NCBI GenBank assembly: GCA_963711835.1
Contig: CAVQFQ010000017.1
Span: forward strand, 576,001-640,000
Direction of reading: 5' to 3'
DNA length: 64,000 nucleotides
DNA from: an uncultured delta proteobacterium
GTDB taxonomy: Bacteria; Desulfobacterota; RBG-13-43-22
Under the pieces are notes generated by a model that saw only the letters and a program-made list of their open reading frames with translations, ran no database searches and was not told the DNA's origin. Shown piece after piece: positions 20,770-30,600 of this stretch (position 1 is the first letter of the stretch; each line of letters opens with the position of its first letter). Position numbers and translations under genes: made by a program.

Positions 20770-22572
20770 ATGGACCTTTACGGATGGATTCAACTCACAC
20801 TCTATATGCTCGTTCTTCTGGCACTGACCAAACCCATGGGACTTTATCTGGTTCAGGTTCTGGATGCCGAAGGCAAGACCTTTCTGGATCCGGTTCTACG
20901 ACCTTTAGAACGGGTTTTGTACCGGTTCTTTGGTTTGGACCCAAAAAAGGAGCAGGACTGGAAAGGCTATACCTTTTCTTTGCTCCTGTTCAGCCTGGTC
21001 GGGTTGTTGTTTACCTATGTAATCCTTCGACTCCAGCATCTACTGCCCCTCAACCCCCAAGGCTTCGGGCCGGTTCCCGCCGACCTGGCCTTCAATACGG
21101 CGGCCAGTTTCACCACCAACACCAATTGGCAGAATTACGGCGGTGAATCAACCCTCTCCTATTTTTCCCAGATGGTGGGTCTTGTTTTTCATAACTTCGC
21201 CTCAGCCGCCGTGGGCCTGGCCGCAGCCGCGGCCCTGGTACGCGGCATTGCCCGACATTCGGCCAAAACGATCGGCAACTTCTGGGTCGATTTGATCCGG
21301 GGGAACCTTTATCTGCTGCTGCCGATCAGCCTGGTACTGGCCGTCTTCCTGGTCTCACAGGGCATGATCCAGAACTTTAAGGCCTATGATTCGGCCAGGG
21401 TCATCGAACCCATAACCATCCAGGTCCCTAAAAAGGACGCCGGCGGTCAGGAGATCAAGGATGCCCAGGGCAACCCGGTGCTGATCGATCAGAAGGTCGA
21501 GCAACAGACCCTTCCCCAGGGGCCGGTAGCCTCACAGGTGGCCATCAAGATGCTGGGGACCAACGGCGGTGGTTTTTTCAACGCCAATGCCGCCCATCCT
21601 TATGAAAACCCGACTCCCTTATCCAATTTTTTTCAGATGCTGGCCATCTTTCTCATCCCCAGCGGCCTGACCTATTATCTGGGCCGCATGGTCAAAAATC
21701 AAAGGCATGGCTGGGCCATCTGGAGCGCCATGACCATCCTCTTTCTCAGTGCCGTCCTGATCTGCTGGTGGGCGGAATCGGCCGGCAATCCACGTCTCCA
21801 GGCCCTTGGCCTGGACCCGGTAAGCGGAAACATGGAAGGGAAAGAGGTCCGTTTCGGGATCTTCAACTCGGCCCTTTTTGCCACCATCACCACCGGTGCC
21901 TCCTGCGGGGCCGTCAATGCCATGCATGACTCCTTTACCCCCCTCGGAGGTTTGATCCCTCTGTTCAACATCCAATTGGGCGAGGTCGTTTTCGGAGGAG
22001 TAGGTGCCGGGTTGTACGGGATGCTGATCTTCGTTATTTTGGCCGTATTCCTGACCGGCTTGATGGTCGGCCGCACCCCCGAGTATCTCGGCAAAAAAAT
22101 AGAACCCTATGATGTAAAAGTAAGCGTTCTGGCCCTGATGATCTTGATCTTCAGCATCCTGGGCTTCTCGGCCTGGGCCCTGGTCAGCCAATGGGGCTTG
22201 GCCGGCTTGAACAATGGCGGCCCCCACGGTTTGAGCGAGATACTCTATGCCTTTTCATCGGCCACCGGCAATAACGGCAGCGCCTTCGCCGGACTGAGCG
22301 GTAATACGGCCGGGTACAACACCACCCTGGGACTGGCCATGCTGTTCGGACGTTTTATTATGATCGTGCCGGTGATGGCCCTGGCCGGGAGTCTGGCCGG
22401 GAAAAAACTCGTTCCCTCCTCCGGAGGAAGCTTTCCGGTCTGGGGTTTGACCTTTACCCTCGTCCTGGTGGGGACGGTCGTAATCGTCGGGGCCTTGACC
22501 TTTCTTCCGGCCCTGGCCTTGGGTCCGATCGTCGAACATTTTTTGATGACCGGATCAAAAATTCTCTTTTAA
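20770..22572 (+). CDS. kdpA: K+-transporting ATPase subunit A
   Basis: [27 protein letters not shown] and NNGSAFAG motifs. Confidence 0.97.
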   Translation: MDLYGWIQLTLYMLVLLALTKPMGLYLVQVLDAEGKTFLDPVLRPLERVLYRFFGLDPKKEQDWKGYTFSLLLFSLVGLLFTYVILRLQHLLPLNPQGFGPVPADLAFNTAASFTTNTNWQNYGGESTLSYFSQMVGLVFHNFASAAVGLAAAAALVRGIARHSAKTIGNFWVDLIRGNLYLLLPISLVLAVFLVSQGMIQNFKAYDSARVIEPITIQVPKKDAGGQEIKDAQGNPVLIDQKVEQQTLPQGPVASQVAIKMLGTNGGGFFNANAAHPYENPTPLSNFFQMLAIFLIPSGLTYYLGRMVKNQRHGWAIWSAMTILFLSAVLICWWAESAGNPRLQALGLDPVSGNMEGKEVRFGIFNSALFATITTGASCGAVNAMHDSFTPLGGLIPLFNIQLGEVVFGGVGAGLYGMLIFVILAVFLTGLMVGRTPEYLGKKIEPYDVKVSVLALMILIFSILGFSAWALVSQWGLAGLNNGGPHGLSEILYAFSSATGNNGSAFAGLSGNTAGYNTTLGLAMLFGRFIMIVPVMALAGSLAGKKLVPSSGGSFPVWGLTFTLVLVGTVVIVGALTFLPALALGPIVEHFLMTGSKILF

Positions 22573-22585
22573 GGGGCCCAGGCTC

Positions 22586-24607
22586 ATGGTAACTAAAACA
22601 CATTCCCTCTTTGAACGGGCCATCATCGGACAGGCGGCCATCGATTCGTTTAAAAAACTCAATCCGGTTTCGTTGTTGAAAAATCCGGTTATCTTTGTAA
22701 CCGAAGTCGGGGCGGCCTTGACCACGGTCGGTCTTTTTTGGAGTTCCGGGAAGGATCCCTTCGGGTTTATCTTGCAAGTCAGCCTTTGGCTCTGGTTTAC
22801 CGTCCTCTTTGCCAACTTCGCCGAGGCCATGGCCGAAGGAAGGGGCAAGGCCCAGGCCAAGGCCCTGCGGAAGACCCGAACCCAGACCCTATCCAATCGG
22901 CTGAAATCCGATGGATCGGTGGAGCGGATCGAAGCCGACCGATTGCGAAAGGACGACCTGGTCCTGGTGTCGGCCGGAGAGATCATCCCCTCGGACGGTG
23001 AGATCATCGCCGGGGTGGCCACGGTGGACGAATCGGCCATTACCGGCGAATCGGCCCCGGTTATCCGCGAGGCCGGCGGCGATCGGAGTGCCGTCACCGG
23101 CGGCACCAGGGTTCTATCGGACCAGATCAAGATCCTTATAACCGCCAACCCGGGGGAAAGTTTTCTGGATCGTATGATCCAGCTTGTTGAAGGGGCCCAG
23201 CGCCAGAAAACCCCCAACGAGATCGCCCTGACGATCCTCCTTTCGGCCCTGACCATCATCTTTTTGATGGTCTGCATCACCCTGAAGCCCTTCGGTCTTT
23301 ACTCGGGTGTGGCCTTTTCGATGACCGTTTTGGTGGCCTTGCTGGTTTGTCTGATCCCGACCACGATTGGCGGTCTTCTGAGCGCTATCGGGATCGCCGG
23401 GATCGACCGTATGGTCCAAAAAAACGTCCTGGCCATGAGCGGCCGGGCCGTCGAAGCCGCCGGGGATATCGACGTGTTGCTCCTGGATAAAACGGGGACC
23501 ATCACTTTGGGGGACCGTCAGGCCAGCGCCTTTTTTCCGGCCCCTGGGGTCCGAATCGAGGAACTGGCCGATGCGGCCCAATTAGCCTCACTGGCCGACG
23601 AAACACCCGAAGGCCGTAGCATCGTTGTGCTGGCTAAAAAATATGGTTTACGAGGGCGTTCCATCTCGGAAATGTCCGAGGCCCGATTTATCAGCTTTTC
23701 CGCCCAGACCAGAATGAGCGGCGTGGACGTGGGGGGACGGCAGATCCGCAAGGGGGCCATAGACGCCGTCAAGGCCTTCACCGGGAAGGATCTTCCCCTG
23801 GAAGTTCAAGACGCCGTGGACTCCATTTCCCTTTCCGGCGGGACGCCTCTTCTGGTCGTTGACAAAGAAAAGGTCCTGGGGGCCATCCATCTGAAGGATA
23901 TTGTCAAAGGCGGGCTGAAAGATCGTTTTGAACGATTTCGGGTCATGGGGATCAAGACCATCATGGTTACCGGAGACAACCCTCTGACGGCTGCGGCCAT
24001 TGCCCGGGAGGCGGGTGTGGATGATTTTATTGCCGAGGCCAAGCCGGAGGATAAGCTGGCCCTGATTCGCAAAGAACAGGCGGCAGGTCACTTAGTGGCC
24101 ATGACCGGAGACGGCACCAACGACGCCCCGGCCCTGGCCCAGGCCGATGTCGGGGTGGCCATGAACACAGGGACCCAGGCAGCCAAGGAGGCCGGCAATA
24201 TGGTGGATCTGGATTCCAACCCGACGAAATTGATCGAGGTCGTTGAAATAGGCAAACAACTGCTCATCACCCGAGGGGCCTTGACCACCTTTAGTATCGC
24301 CAACGATGTGGCCAAATACTTTGCCATCATCCCGGCCATGCTGATGAGTGTCTTCCCGGTTATTGCCCCCCTTAACATTATGGGCCTTCAGTCCCCCCAA
24401 AGCGCCATTCTGAGTGCCGTTATTTTCAATGCCCTGATCATTATTACCCTCATCCCTTTGGCCTTGCGGGGGGTGCGTTTCCGTCCGGTAGGGGCGGCCG
24501 TACTGCTCAAACGCAACCTGTTAATATACGGCCTGGGCGGTCTCATAGCTCCCTTTCCGGGCATTAAACTGATCGATTTGATCATCAATGCCTTGCATAT
24601 CGTATGA
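22586..24607 (+). CDS. kdpB: K+-transporting P-type ATPase subunit B
   Basis: ITGES, DKTGT and [11 protein letters not shown] motifs. Confidence 0.97.
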   Translation: MVTKTHSLFERAIIGQAAIDSFKKLNPVSLLKNPVIFVTEVGAALTTVGLFWSSGKDPFGFILQVSLWLWFTVLFANFAEAMAEGRGKAQAKALRKTRTQTLSNRLKSDGSVERIEADRLRKDDLVLVSAGEIIPSDGEIIAGVATVDESAITGESAPVIREAGGDRSAVTGGTRVLSDQIKILITANPGESFLDRMIQLVEGAQRQKTPNEIALTILLSALTIIFLMVCITLKPFGLYSGVAFSMTVLVALLVCLIPTTIGGLLSAIGIAGIDRMVQKNVLAMSGRAVEAAGDIDVLLLDKTGTITLGDRQASAFFPAPGVRIEELADAAQLASLADETPEGRSIVVLAKKYGLRGRSISEMSEARFISFSAQTRMSGVDVGGRQIRKGAIDAVKAFTGKDLPLEVQDAVDSISLSGGTPLLVVDKEKVLGAIHLKDIVKGGLKDRFERFRVMGIKTIMVTGDNPLTAAAIAREAGVDDFIAEAKPEDKLALIRKEQAAGHLVAMTGDGTNDAPALAQADVGVAMNTGTQAAKEAGNMVDLDSNPTKLIEVVEIGKQLLITRGALTTFSIANDVAKYFAIIPAMLMSVFPVIAPLNIMGLQSPQSAILSAVIFNALIIITLIPLALRGVRFRPVGAAVLLKRNLLIYGLGGLIAPFPGIKLIDLIINALHIV

Positions 24608-24624
24608 GGACCTGCACAACACAC

Positions 24625-24700
24625 AGAAGGTATAAGGGACAAGGTCTAAGGTTCAAGGTTTAAAAAAAACCGTATGCCGTATACCTTGAACCTTTAACTG
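24625..24700. repeat. Short 7-mer-periodic inverted repeat (AAGGTTCAAGG / CCTTGAACCTT)
   Basis: AAGGGAC-AAGGTCT-AAGGTTC-AAGGTTT units, followed by the reverse-complement arm, between kdpB and kdpC. Confidence 0.55.
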
Positions 24701-24713
24701 AAAGGCTAAAAAA

Positions 24714-25298
24714 ATGAAAAATATCTTTGCCGAATTACGTATCGCCTTGCTGGCCACATTATCCCTGGCAGTGATTCTCTGTGGTTTTTACCCCCTGGTG
24801 GTCTGGGCTCTTTCCCAGGGATTATTCCCGGATAAGGCCAATGGTTCATTGGTCAAGGAAAAGCAGATGATCAGGGGATCGAGTCTTATCGCCCAGGGGT
24901 TTGGCGATCGGAAATACTTTCATCCCCGTCCCTCAGCCGCCGGGCAAGGCTATGACGGCCTCAGTTCCTCAGGCAGCAACCTCGGACCTCTTTCCAAGAA
25001 ACTGAACGATACCCTTAAAGAACGCCTGGACCGATATCGTGCTGAAAACAGACTTCCTCCGGATGTCTTGCTCCCGGCCGATGCCGTGACCGCCTCGGCC
25101 GGCGGTCTGGATCCGCACATTAGTTTGAAAAATGCCTTGTTGCAGGCCTCGCGTGTTGCCGAAGCCCGAGGTGTGGGAGATAAAACCGTTTTAAAACAGA
25201 TTGAACTTTACACCGAGGGCCGGGACTTGGGAATCTTCGGTGAACCCAGAGTAAATGTACTGATGTTGAATCTGGCCCTGGATCGCCTGGCCAAGTGA
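24714..25298 (+). CDS. kdpC: K+-transporting ATPase subunit C
   Basis: YFHPRPSA, SNLGP, ASAGGLDPHIS and VNVLMLNLALD motifs. Confidence 0.96.
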   Translation: MKNIFAELRIALLATLSLAVILCGFYPLVVWALSQGLFPDKANGSLVKEKQMIRGSSLIAQGFGDRKYFHPRPSAAGQGYDGLSSSGSNLGPLSKKLNDTLKERLDRYRAENRLPPDVLLPADAVTASAGGLDPHISLKNALLQASRVAEARGVGDKTVLKQIELYTEGRDLGIFGEPRVNVLMLNLALDRLAK

Positions 25299-25343
25299 TG
25301 GACATTTTATACGGATGTTAACAGTACCAATAAAAAAATTAGG

Positions 25344-26603
25344 ATGCGGAGAGTGATGACCGACTTAATAAAACCCCGGACAGAAAGGCTCGTGGTGTGC
25401 ATAGGAACAAGTCCTTCTAATAAGAATCTGGTAGAAGCCGCCAAGGAAATGGCCAGGCAGTTCAATGCCCAATGGTTTGCTTTACACGTTGAGGATCCTA
25501 AAAGTCTGATGATGTCAGAGACCGGTCAGCAAGCAGCCGTCGAGAGTCTGCGCTTGGCGGAGCAATTGGGGGCCGAGACCTTCACCTTGGCCGGACGCAA
25601 TATAGCCGAAGAAATTCTCACCTTCGCCAGACAAAGGAACATCGCAAAAATAATCGTTGGCAAACCGAGGCATTCCCTCTGGAGATCCATTTTCTTAAGG
25701 AACCCGGTGGATCAACTGGTACGCCTGAGCGGAGAGATTGATGTTTACGCCCTAACGGGTGAGAAGAAAGAACACAGAGATGAGCCTTATACCATTCACC
25801 CACAAAAGATCCGATTGTCCGACTATGGAGCGGGCCTCTTGCTTTTTATATTGGCTACCTTGCTCTGTTTTTTGATGTATCCTTACTTTCACCTCAGTAA
25901 TCTGATTATGGTCTATTTGCTGGGCGTGATGATAACGGCCACTTCCTGCGGCAGGGGTCCGGCTATCCTTGGTTCTTTCTTAAGCGTTCTGGCTTTTGAT
26001 TTCTTTTTTGTCCCTCCCCGTTTTTCAATCACGGTGGAAGAGGCTCAGTACATCGTCACCTTCATAGTGATGTTTCTGGTTGCTTTGGTCATCAGTCACT
26101 TGGCTAATCGGTTGCGGCAACAAGTCGAAGTTGCCCGTTACCAAGAGCGGCAGGCCTCCGCCATGCATGGCCTCAGCCGGCAACTCGCAAGCACGAGAGG
26201 AATGGAAAAAATTTTCCAGGTGGCCGTACAATATATTTCTGAGATTTTTGATTGCCAGTGTATAGCTATGGTGCCGAACAGTCAGGTTAGGTTTAATGTG
26301 ATCGCCGGTGATCCCTCTTCAGTTTTCCATCATGATGTTGTCAAAGAAATTCAAATCGCCCACACAGCTTTCAACACCGGGCAGATGGCCGGATTGGGCA
26401 CACAAACCTCGCAGGCAAGCGAGAATCTCTATGTGCCGATTCGAGCAGGCGATTTCACGTTAGGCGTTTTAGTCTTGCGGCCAGCAGACCGTGATCGGTT
26501 CCGGCACCCTGAACAAATATATCTTTTGGAATCACTGGTCAAACAAATTGCTTTGGCCTTAGAGGTAGAGCACTTGGCTGGAAGTGAGAAATCCAAAGTT
26601 TAA
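25344..26603 (+). CDS. KdpD-like membrane protein: USP + DUF4118 4-TM + GAF, no kinase domain
   Basis: USP (VVCIG...LAEQLGAE...IIVGKP), TM motif AFDFFFVPPRFS and a GAF-like region; ends with a clean stop after IALALE. Confidence 0.88.
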   Translation: MRRVMTDLIKPRTERLVVCIGTSPSNKNLVEAAKEMARQFNAQWFALHVEDPKSLMMSETGQQAAVESLRLAEQLGAETFTLAGRNIAEEILTFARQRNIAKIIVGKPRHSLWRSIFLRNPVDQLVRLSGEIDVYALTGEKKEHRDEPYTIHPQKIRLSDYGAGLLLFILATLLCFLMYPYFHLSNLIMVYLLGVMITATSCGRGPAILGSFLSVLAFDFFFVPPRFSITVEEAQYIVTFIVMFLVALVISHLANRLRQQVEVARYQERQASAMHGLSRQLASTRGMEKIFQVAVQYISEIFDCQCIAMVPNSQVRFNVIAGDPSSVFHHDVVKEIQIAHTAFNTGQMAGLGTQTSQASENLYVPIRAGDFTLGVLVLRPADRDRFRHPEQIYLLESLVKQIALALEVEHLAGSEKSKV

Positions 26604-26730
26604 GGTCGAGTTTAGAGGGAAAACCAGATCAGGTCTACCCTAAACCGTTAAAGTCACTCGAACCTTATTTTCATATTAAACCCTCATGCCCGCCTGCAGC
26701 GGGCGCCACGAAAGATGAGAATATTTAGTT

Positions 26731-26817
26731 CCCCCTCACCCCAACCCTCTCCCGCCAGGGGAGAGGAGGTCAGATTAACTGCCTCCCCCTTGATAGGGGA
26801 GGATAGAGGTGGGGGTG
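26731..26817. repeat. REP-like paired palindromes (CCCTCACCCCAACCCTCTCCC...GGGAGAGG class)
   Basis: Hairpins CCTCTCCC-gccag-GGGAGAGG and CCTCCCC-cttgata-GGGGAGG with complementary outer flanks. Confidence 0.75.
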
Positions 26818-26844
26818 AAAAAAATCTATCTTCGTATTGAACTT

Positions 26845-28521
26845 ATGAGCGACGACAGAGCCAATGCTTTTCTAAGAATGATCCGTCACGCCCAGCGGGG
26901 CCGGTTGAAGGTCTATCTGGGCTATTGCCCGGGGGTGGGGAAAACCTATCAGATGTTACAGGAAGGTCTCCGGCTTAAAAACGATGGGATCGACGTCGCT
27001 ATCGGGCTCGTTGAAACCCACGGCCGGGCCGATATCGCCAGACTGGCTGGAGGGCTGGAGGTCATCCCCCGGCGCCGGCAGGAATACCGCGGCGTTCCCG
27101 TGGAAGAGATGGATGTGGAGGCCATCCAGGCGCGCAAACCCCAAGTAGCCCTCATTGACGAACTGGCCCATACCAATGTCCCCGGCAGTCCGAACCAAAA
27201 ACGCTATCAGGACGTTCAGGATATCCTGGCAGCAGGGATCCATGTCATCACCACCTTGAATATTCAGCATTTGGAAAGCCTCTACAATATGGTCGAAAAG
27301 GCCGTGGGGGTCAAGGTCCGGGAGCGTCTTCCCGATTCGGTCCTGGCCGAAGCCGACCAGATCGTAGATGTGGATTTATCCACCGAAGACTTACAAAAAC
27401 GACTAGAAGAAGGGAAGATCTACCCTCGGGAGCGTATCCAGACCGCCCTTTCCAATTTCTTCCGGACTTCCAATTTGGAAAAGCTTCGGGAATTGACCCT
27501 TCGGGAACTCGCCTCTCAGATTGATTTAAGGAGACGGGAAACGGGGAGAAAAGAAAGCGATATCACCGCGGACCAGGTGATGGTTTGCCTGAGCTCGCGG
27601 GGCCCCAACAGTGATAAACTGTTGCGTTATGCCTCACGGCTGGCCGGAAAACTGAACCGAAACTGGTATGCCGTATATGTTCAAACCCCTTCCGAGGAGA
27701 CCACGGTCATCGATGCCCGCACCCAGCGTCTGCTCTCCGACACCTTGACCTTGGCCAAACAATTAGGGGCCCTGGTGTTTACCTACAAGGGAGAGGATAT
27801 TGTGGATACTATCCTGAGATTTGCCAAGGAATATCGGGTGGGGCATATCATTATCGGACGACCGGGTTCTAAACCTTTCTTTAAAAGATTTGGGAAGAAT
27901 AGGGATATTGTTGGGGACCTGATCAAAAATGCCGTTGGGGTCACTGTCATTGTTTCGGATACCCGTGAAGAAGAACCGCGGATGGCCGTGGCCCGGAAAG
28001 TGGTCACTGAAACACCTCCCGCGGGTGCCCTTCTTTCAGAACCCACGCCCCCTTCGCCGGATCAATTGATGCTGAGCCAACTGATCACCCCTCAACGGAT
28101 TATCATTTGGGACCGGCCGGCCATCAAAGAGGTCATCCTTCAACAATTGGTGGAAGCCGCGGCGAAATCCGACCGGATAGGCGATCCGGAGGCCTTATTA
28201 AAAGAGGTCCTCAAGCGGGAAGAACAGGGATCGACCTTTTTTAACGAGGGGGTAGCCTTCCCCCACGCCCGGATCAACGACCTGACGGCCCCCATAGTGG
28301 CTCTGGGATTAACCGGAAAGGGGGTCTCCGATGTCCTTACCGAGAAGCCCATTGAGATAGTTTTTCTGATCCTTTCTCCGGCTCAAACCCCGGACATCCA
28401 GGTCAAGGTGTTAGGTCTGACCAGCCGGGCAGCCCAAAACAGGCAGCTTCTGCAAAGCCTCAAATCCGCCCAAACCCCCGAAGAGGTGCTATCAGCCATC
28501 CACAATTGGGAAAGGCCCTAA
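26845..28521 (+). CDS. Soluble KdpD N-terminal domain + USP + PTS EIIA-type-2 domain fusion
   Basis: RGRLKVYLGYCPGVGKTYQML, ETHGR, DELAHTN, TTLNIQHLESL and a USP domain; C-terminal REEQGST.F..GVAFPHAR. Probable start MSDDRA at 26845. Confidence 0.9.
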   Translation: MSDDRANAFLRMIRHAQRGRLKVYLGYCPGVGKTYQMLQEGLRLKNDGIDVAIGLVETHGRADIARLAGGLEVIPRRRQEYRGVPVEEMDVEAIQARKPQVALIDELAHTNVPGSPNQKRYQDVQDILAAGIHVITTLNIQHLESLYNMVEKAVGVKVRERLPDSVLAEADQIVDVDLSTEDLQKRLEEGKIYPRERIQTALSNFFRTSNLEKLRELTLRELASQIDLRRRETGRKESDITADQVMVCLSSRGPNSDKLLRYASRLAGKLNRNWYAVYVQTPSEETTVIDARTQRLLSDTLTLAKQLGALVFTYKGEDIVDTILRFAKEYRVGHIIIGRPGSKPFFKRFGKNRDIVGDLIKNAVGVTVIVSDTREEEPRMAVARKVVTETPPAGALLSEPTPPSPDQLMLSQLITPQRIIIWDRPAIKEVILQQLVEAAAKSDRIGDPEALLKEVLKREEQGSTFFNEGVAFPHARINDLTAPIVALGLTGKGVSDVLTEKPIEIVFLILSPAQTPDIQVKVLGLTSRAAQNRQLLQSLKSAQTPEEVLSAIHNWERP

Positions 28522-28540
28522 CTGCAATCCAGTCAATCCA

Positions 28541-28840
28541 GGGTCGGACCAAGGTAACCTGTTGATTATAAATCCGTGCTGGTCCAAAGATAGGTATTTT
28601 CAATACCTATATCGTCGTTTTCGGCCCCAAAAAGATCCCTATAGGGAGCAGACCCCCTCCCTAAAATGATATCGTTTATCGCTTTCCATGACTTCCCTCA
28701 CTTTAGCCTGGAAGTCTAAGGGCCTTCACCCTTTCACAAAACGGACTTTTTGATCTCGAAAAACTTATTATAGGCTCGTTTTAGGGGGTTCAAATAGCAC
28801 TATTCCGTACCATATCAAATAGCTCCCTTGGCCCGCCCCC
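28541..28840 (-). mobile_element. Internally deleted RAYT-like (Y1 tyrosine transposase) element
   Basis: Inverted ends GGGTCGGACCA (28541) and TGGCCCGCCCCC (28829-28840). The minus strand carries a frameshifted remnant ...REGSAPYRDLFGAENDDIGIENTYLW. About 90 bp are shared with 50336-50428. Confidence 0.55.
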
Positions 28841-29049
28841 ACTAGAATACTGATCGGCCATGTATGCCGGTTGTACCATCCTAGATTATTCTTTGCAGGA
28901 ATAGGTCAAAAAATCATTATTGTTTTTCATAGCGACTATTGTTTCAATCATCATCTTGATTTTATACCCGTCTCTTACCTTGTTTTTACCCAATTTGATG
29001 TTCGGGAAATGATTCGTTCTTGGTCTATGAATGGGGATGGAAAACAGGT

Positions 29050-30594
29050 CTATTTTCTTTGGACTTTCTGTTGAAGTGCAGCCATATCTTCGAAGAGCGG
29101 ACTTACCGCCTGGTAAAGGCTTTTATAGATCCGGTATATGACCTCATAGGTTTGATTATCCCCTTCCTTCGGCTTGCAGACATGCTCCACTGAATTGAAG
29201 GAGGCGGCTTCTTCCAATGAATGGATTGCCCCAGCCCCCAACATGGCCCACATGGCGGCCCCGAGGTTGGAAGTCTCTGTCCAGGAAGGGACAAGAAGTT
29301 TTCGGTTGAGTACGTTGGCTACAATCTGTGGCCAGAAAAGAGATTGGGTGAATCCGCCGGAGACCCTGATTTCTCGAATTTCATCGCTGATCTCATTGAG
29401 CACATCATAAATGCTTTTCAGCCGAAAAGCGATCCCTTCCAGGATGGCCCGCGTCAGATGTTCGAGCCTGTGCTCCAAAGAGAGGCCGAAAAACATGGCC
29501 CGTGCGTTCAGGTTCCAGTTAGGACTGCGTTCCCCGGCAAAAAAGGGAAGACAAACCAATCCGCCCCCTCCAATCCCGGCTTTTTGGGCCAGAGAAATCA
29601 AATACTCAAAAGACGGTACTGGCTTTTCTGAAAGCCCAGGGAAGGCCTGGTTGAGGGTATCTCTCAACCAGGAAAGCACCAGCCCCCCGTTATTAATTGC
29701 CCCACCGACCAGCCAACGGTTCTTATCGACCGCATAGCACCAACTGCGGGAATCCCTGTCCAGGATCGGGCGGTGAGTAATGATCCTCAGGGCACCGCTG
29801 GTGCCGACCATGCAGGTTGCCTGCCAGGGATGGACAACACCGGCCCCAAGGCTTGAATTAAAGGCATCTGAAGAACCCATTACCAGAGGTGTATCGGTTG
29901 CGATCCCCATCTCTCCGGCAATCTTGGGATCGAGCCGGTGAAATACGCTCTGCGGCGGGCACAACTCCGAAAGTTGATGCCTTTTTATCCCGGCCAACTC
30001 CAGCGAGAGATCATCCCAGGTAAAAGTATGGATATTCAGGAGACCGGATCCGGCGGCCAGACAATAATCGACCAGGTATTCTCCGGTAAGTTTCTGGAAG
30101 ATATATTCCTTGGCCGAGACAAACCGGGCGGCTTTCCTGTATAGGTCCGGCAGCTCATCGTGTAACCACATTATTTTATATAATGGGTACATCCCGTGAG
30201 GAGGGCACCCGGTTTGCTCATAAAGTCTGCGGGCGATCTCGCTTTTTTTTATTGATTCCCCTTGGGCCACCGCCCGGCCGTCGGCCCAGGTAAGGCCCCC
30301 GCTCAGAGGATTCCCTGAGCCGTCAAGGGCGATAAGGCTATGCAGTGCCCCTCCGATACTCATCGCCGCACAAGATCCGGGAGGATGATCGGCCTTGGCC
30401 AATGCCGCTTGAACCGATTGAATCATCCCGGTCAGCAAGGCCTCGGGATTTTGTTCCTTCCATTTCTGGCGAACATTGTCTGAAGGATACTCGGATTGCC
30501 CAAAACCGATGATGCCTCCTTTAGCATCAACCACGACGGTTTTACAACTGCCGGTACCTACGTCTATTCCCAGAAACCAGGACTTATACATCAT
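29050..30594 (-). CDS. FGGY-family carbohydrate kinase, gluconokinase-like
   Basis: GIDVGTGS, TWADGRA, GTSGALR, GGAINNGG, GERSPNWN and SGGF motifs. Confidence 0.9.
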   Translation of the reverse strand: MMYKSWFLGIDVGTGSCKTVVVDAKGGIIGFGQSEYPSDNVRQKWKEQNPEALLTGMIQSVQAALAKADHPPGSCAAMSIGGALHSLIALDGSGNPLSGGLTWADGRAVAQGESIKKSEIARRLYEQTGCPPHGMYPLYKIMWLHDELPDLYRKAARFVSAKEYIFQKLTGEYLVDYCLAAGSGLLNIHTFTWDDLSLELAGIKRHQLSELCPPQSVFHRLDPKIAGEMGIATDTPLVMGSSDAFNSSLGAGVVHPWQATCMVGTSGALRIITHRPILDRDSRSWCYAVDKNRWLVGGAINNGGLVLSWLRDTLNQAFPGLSEKPVPSFEYLISLAQKAGIGGGGLVCLPFFAGERSPNWNLNARAMFFGLSLEHRLEHLTRAILEGIAFRLKSIYDVLNEISDEIREIRVSGGFTQSLFWPQIVANVLNRKLLVPSWTETSNLGAAMWAMLGAGAIHSLEEAASFNSVEHVCKPKEGDNQTYEVIYRIYKSLYQAVSPLFEDMAALQQKVQRK

Positions 30595-30600
30595 AGGAAA

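Noticed and set aside
26809-26844. GTG start at 26809 for the KdpD-EIIA gene
   Set aside because: It lies inside the REP-like repeat; KdpD homology starts at MSDDRA (26845).
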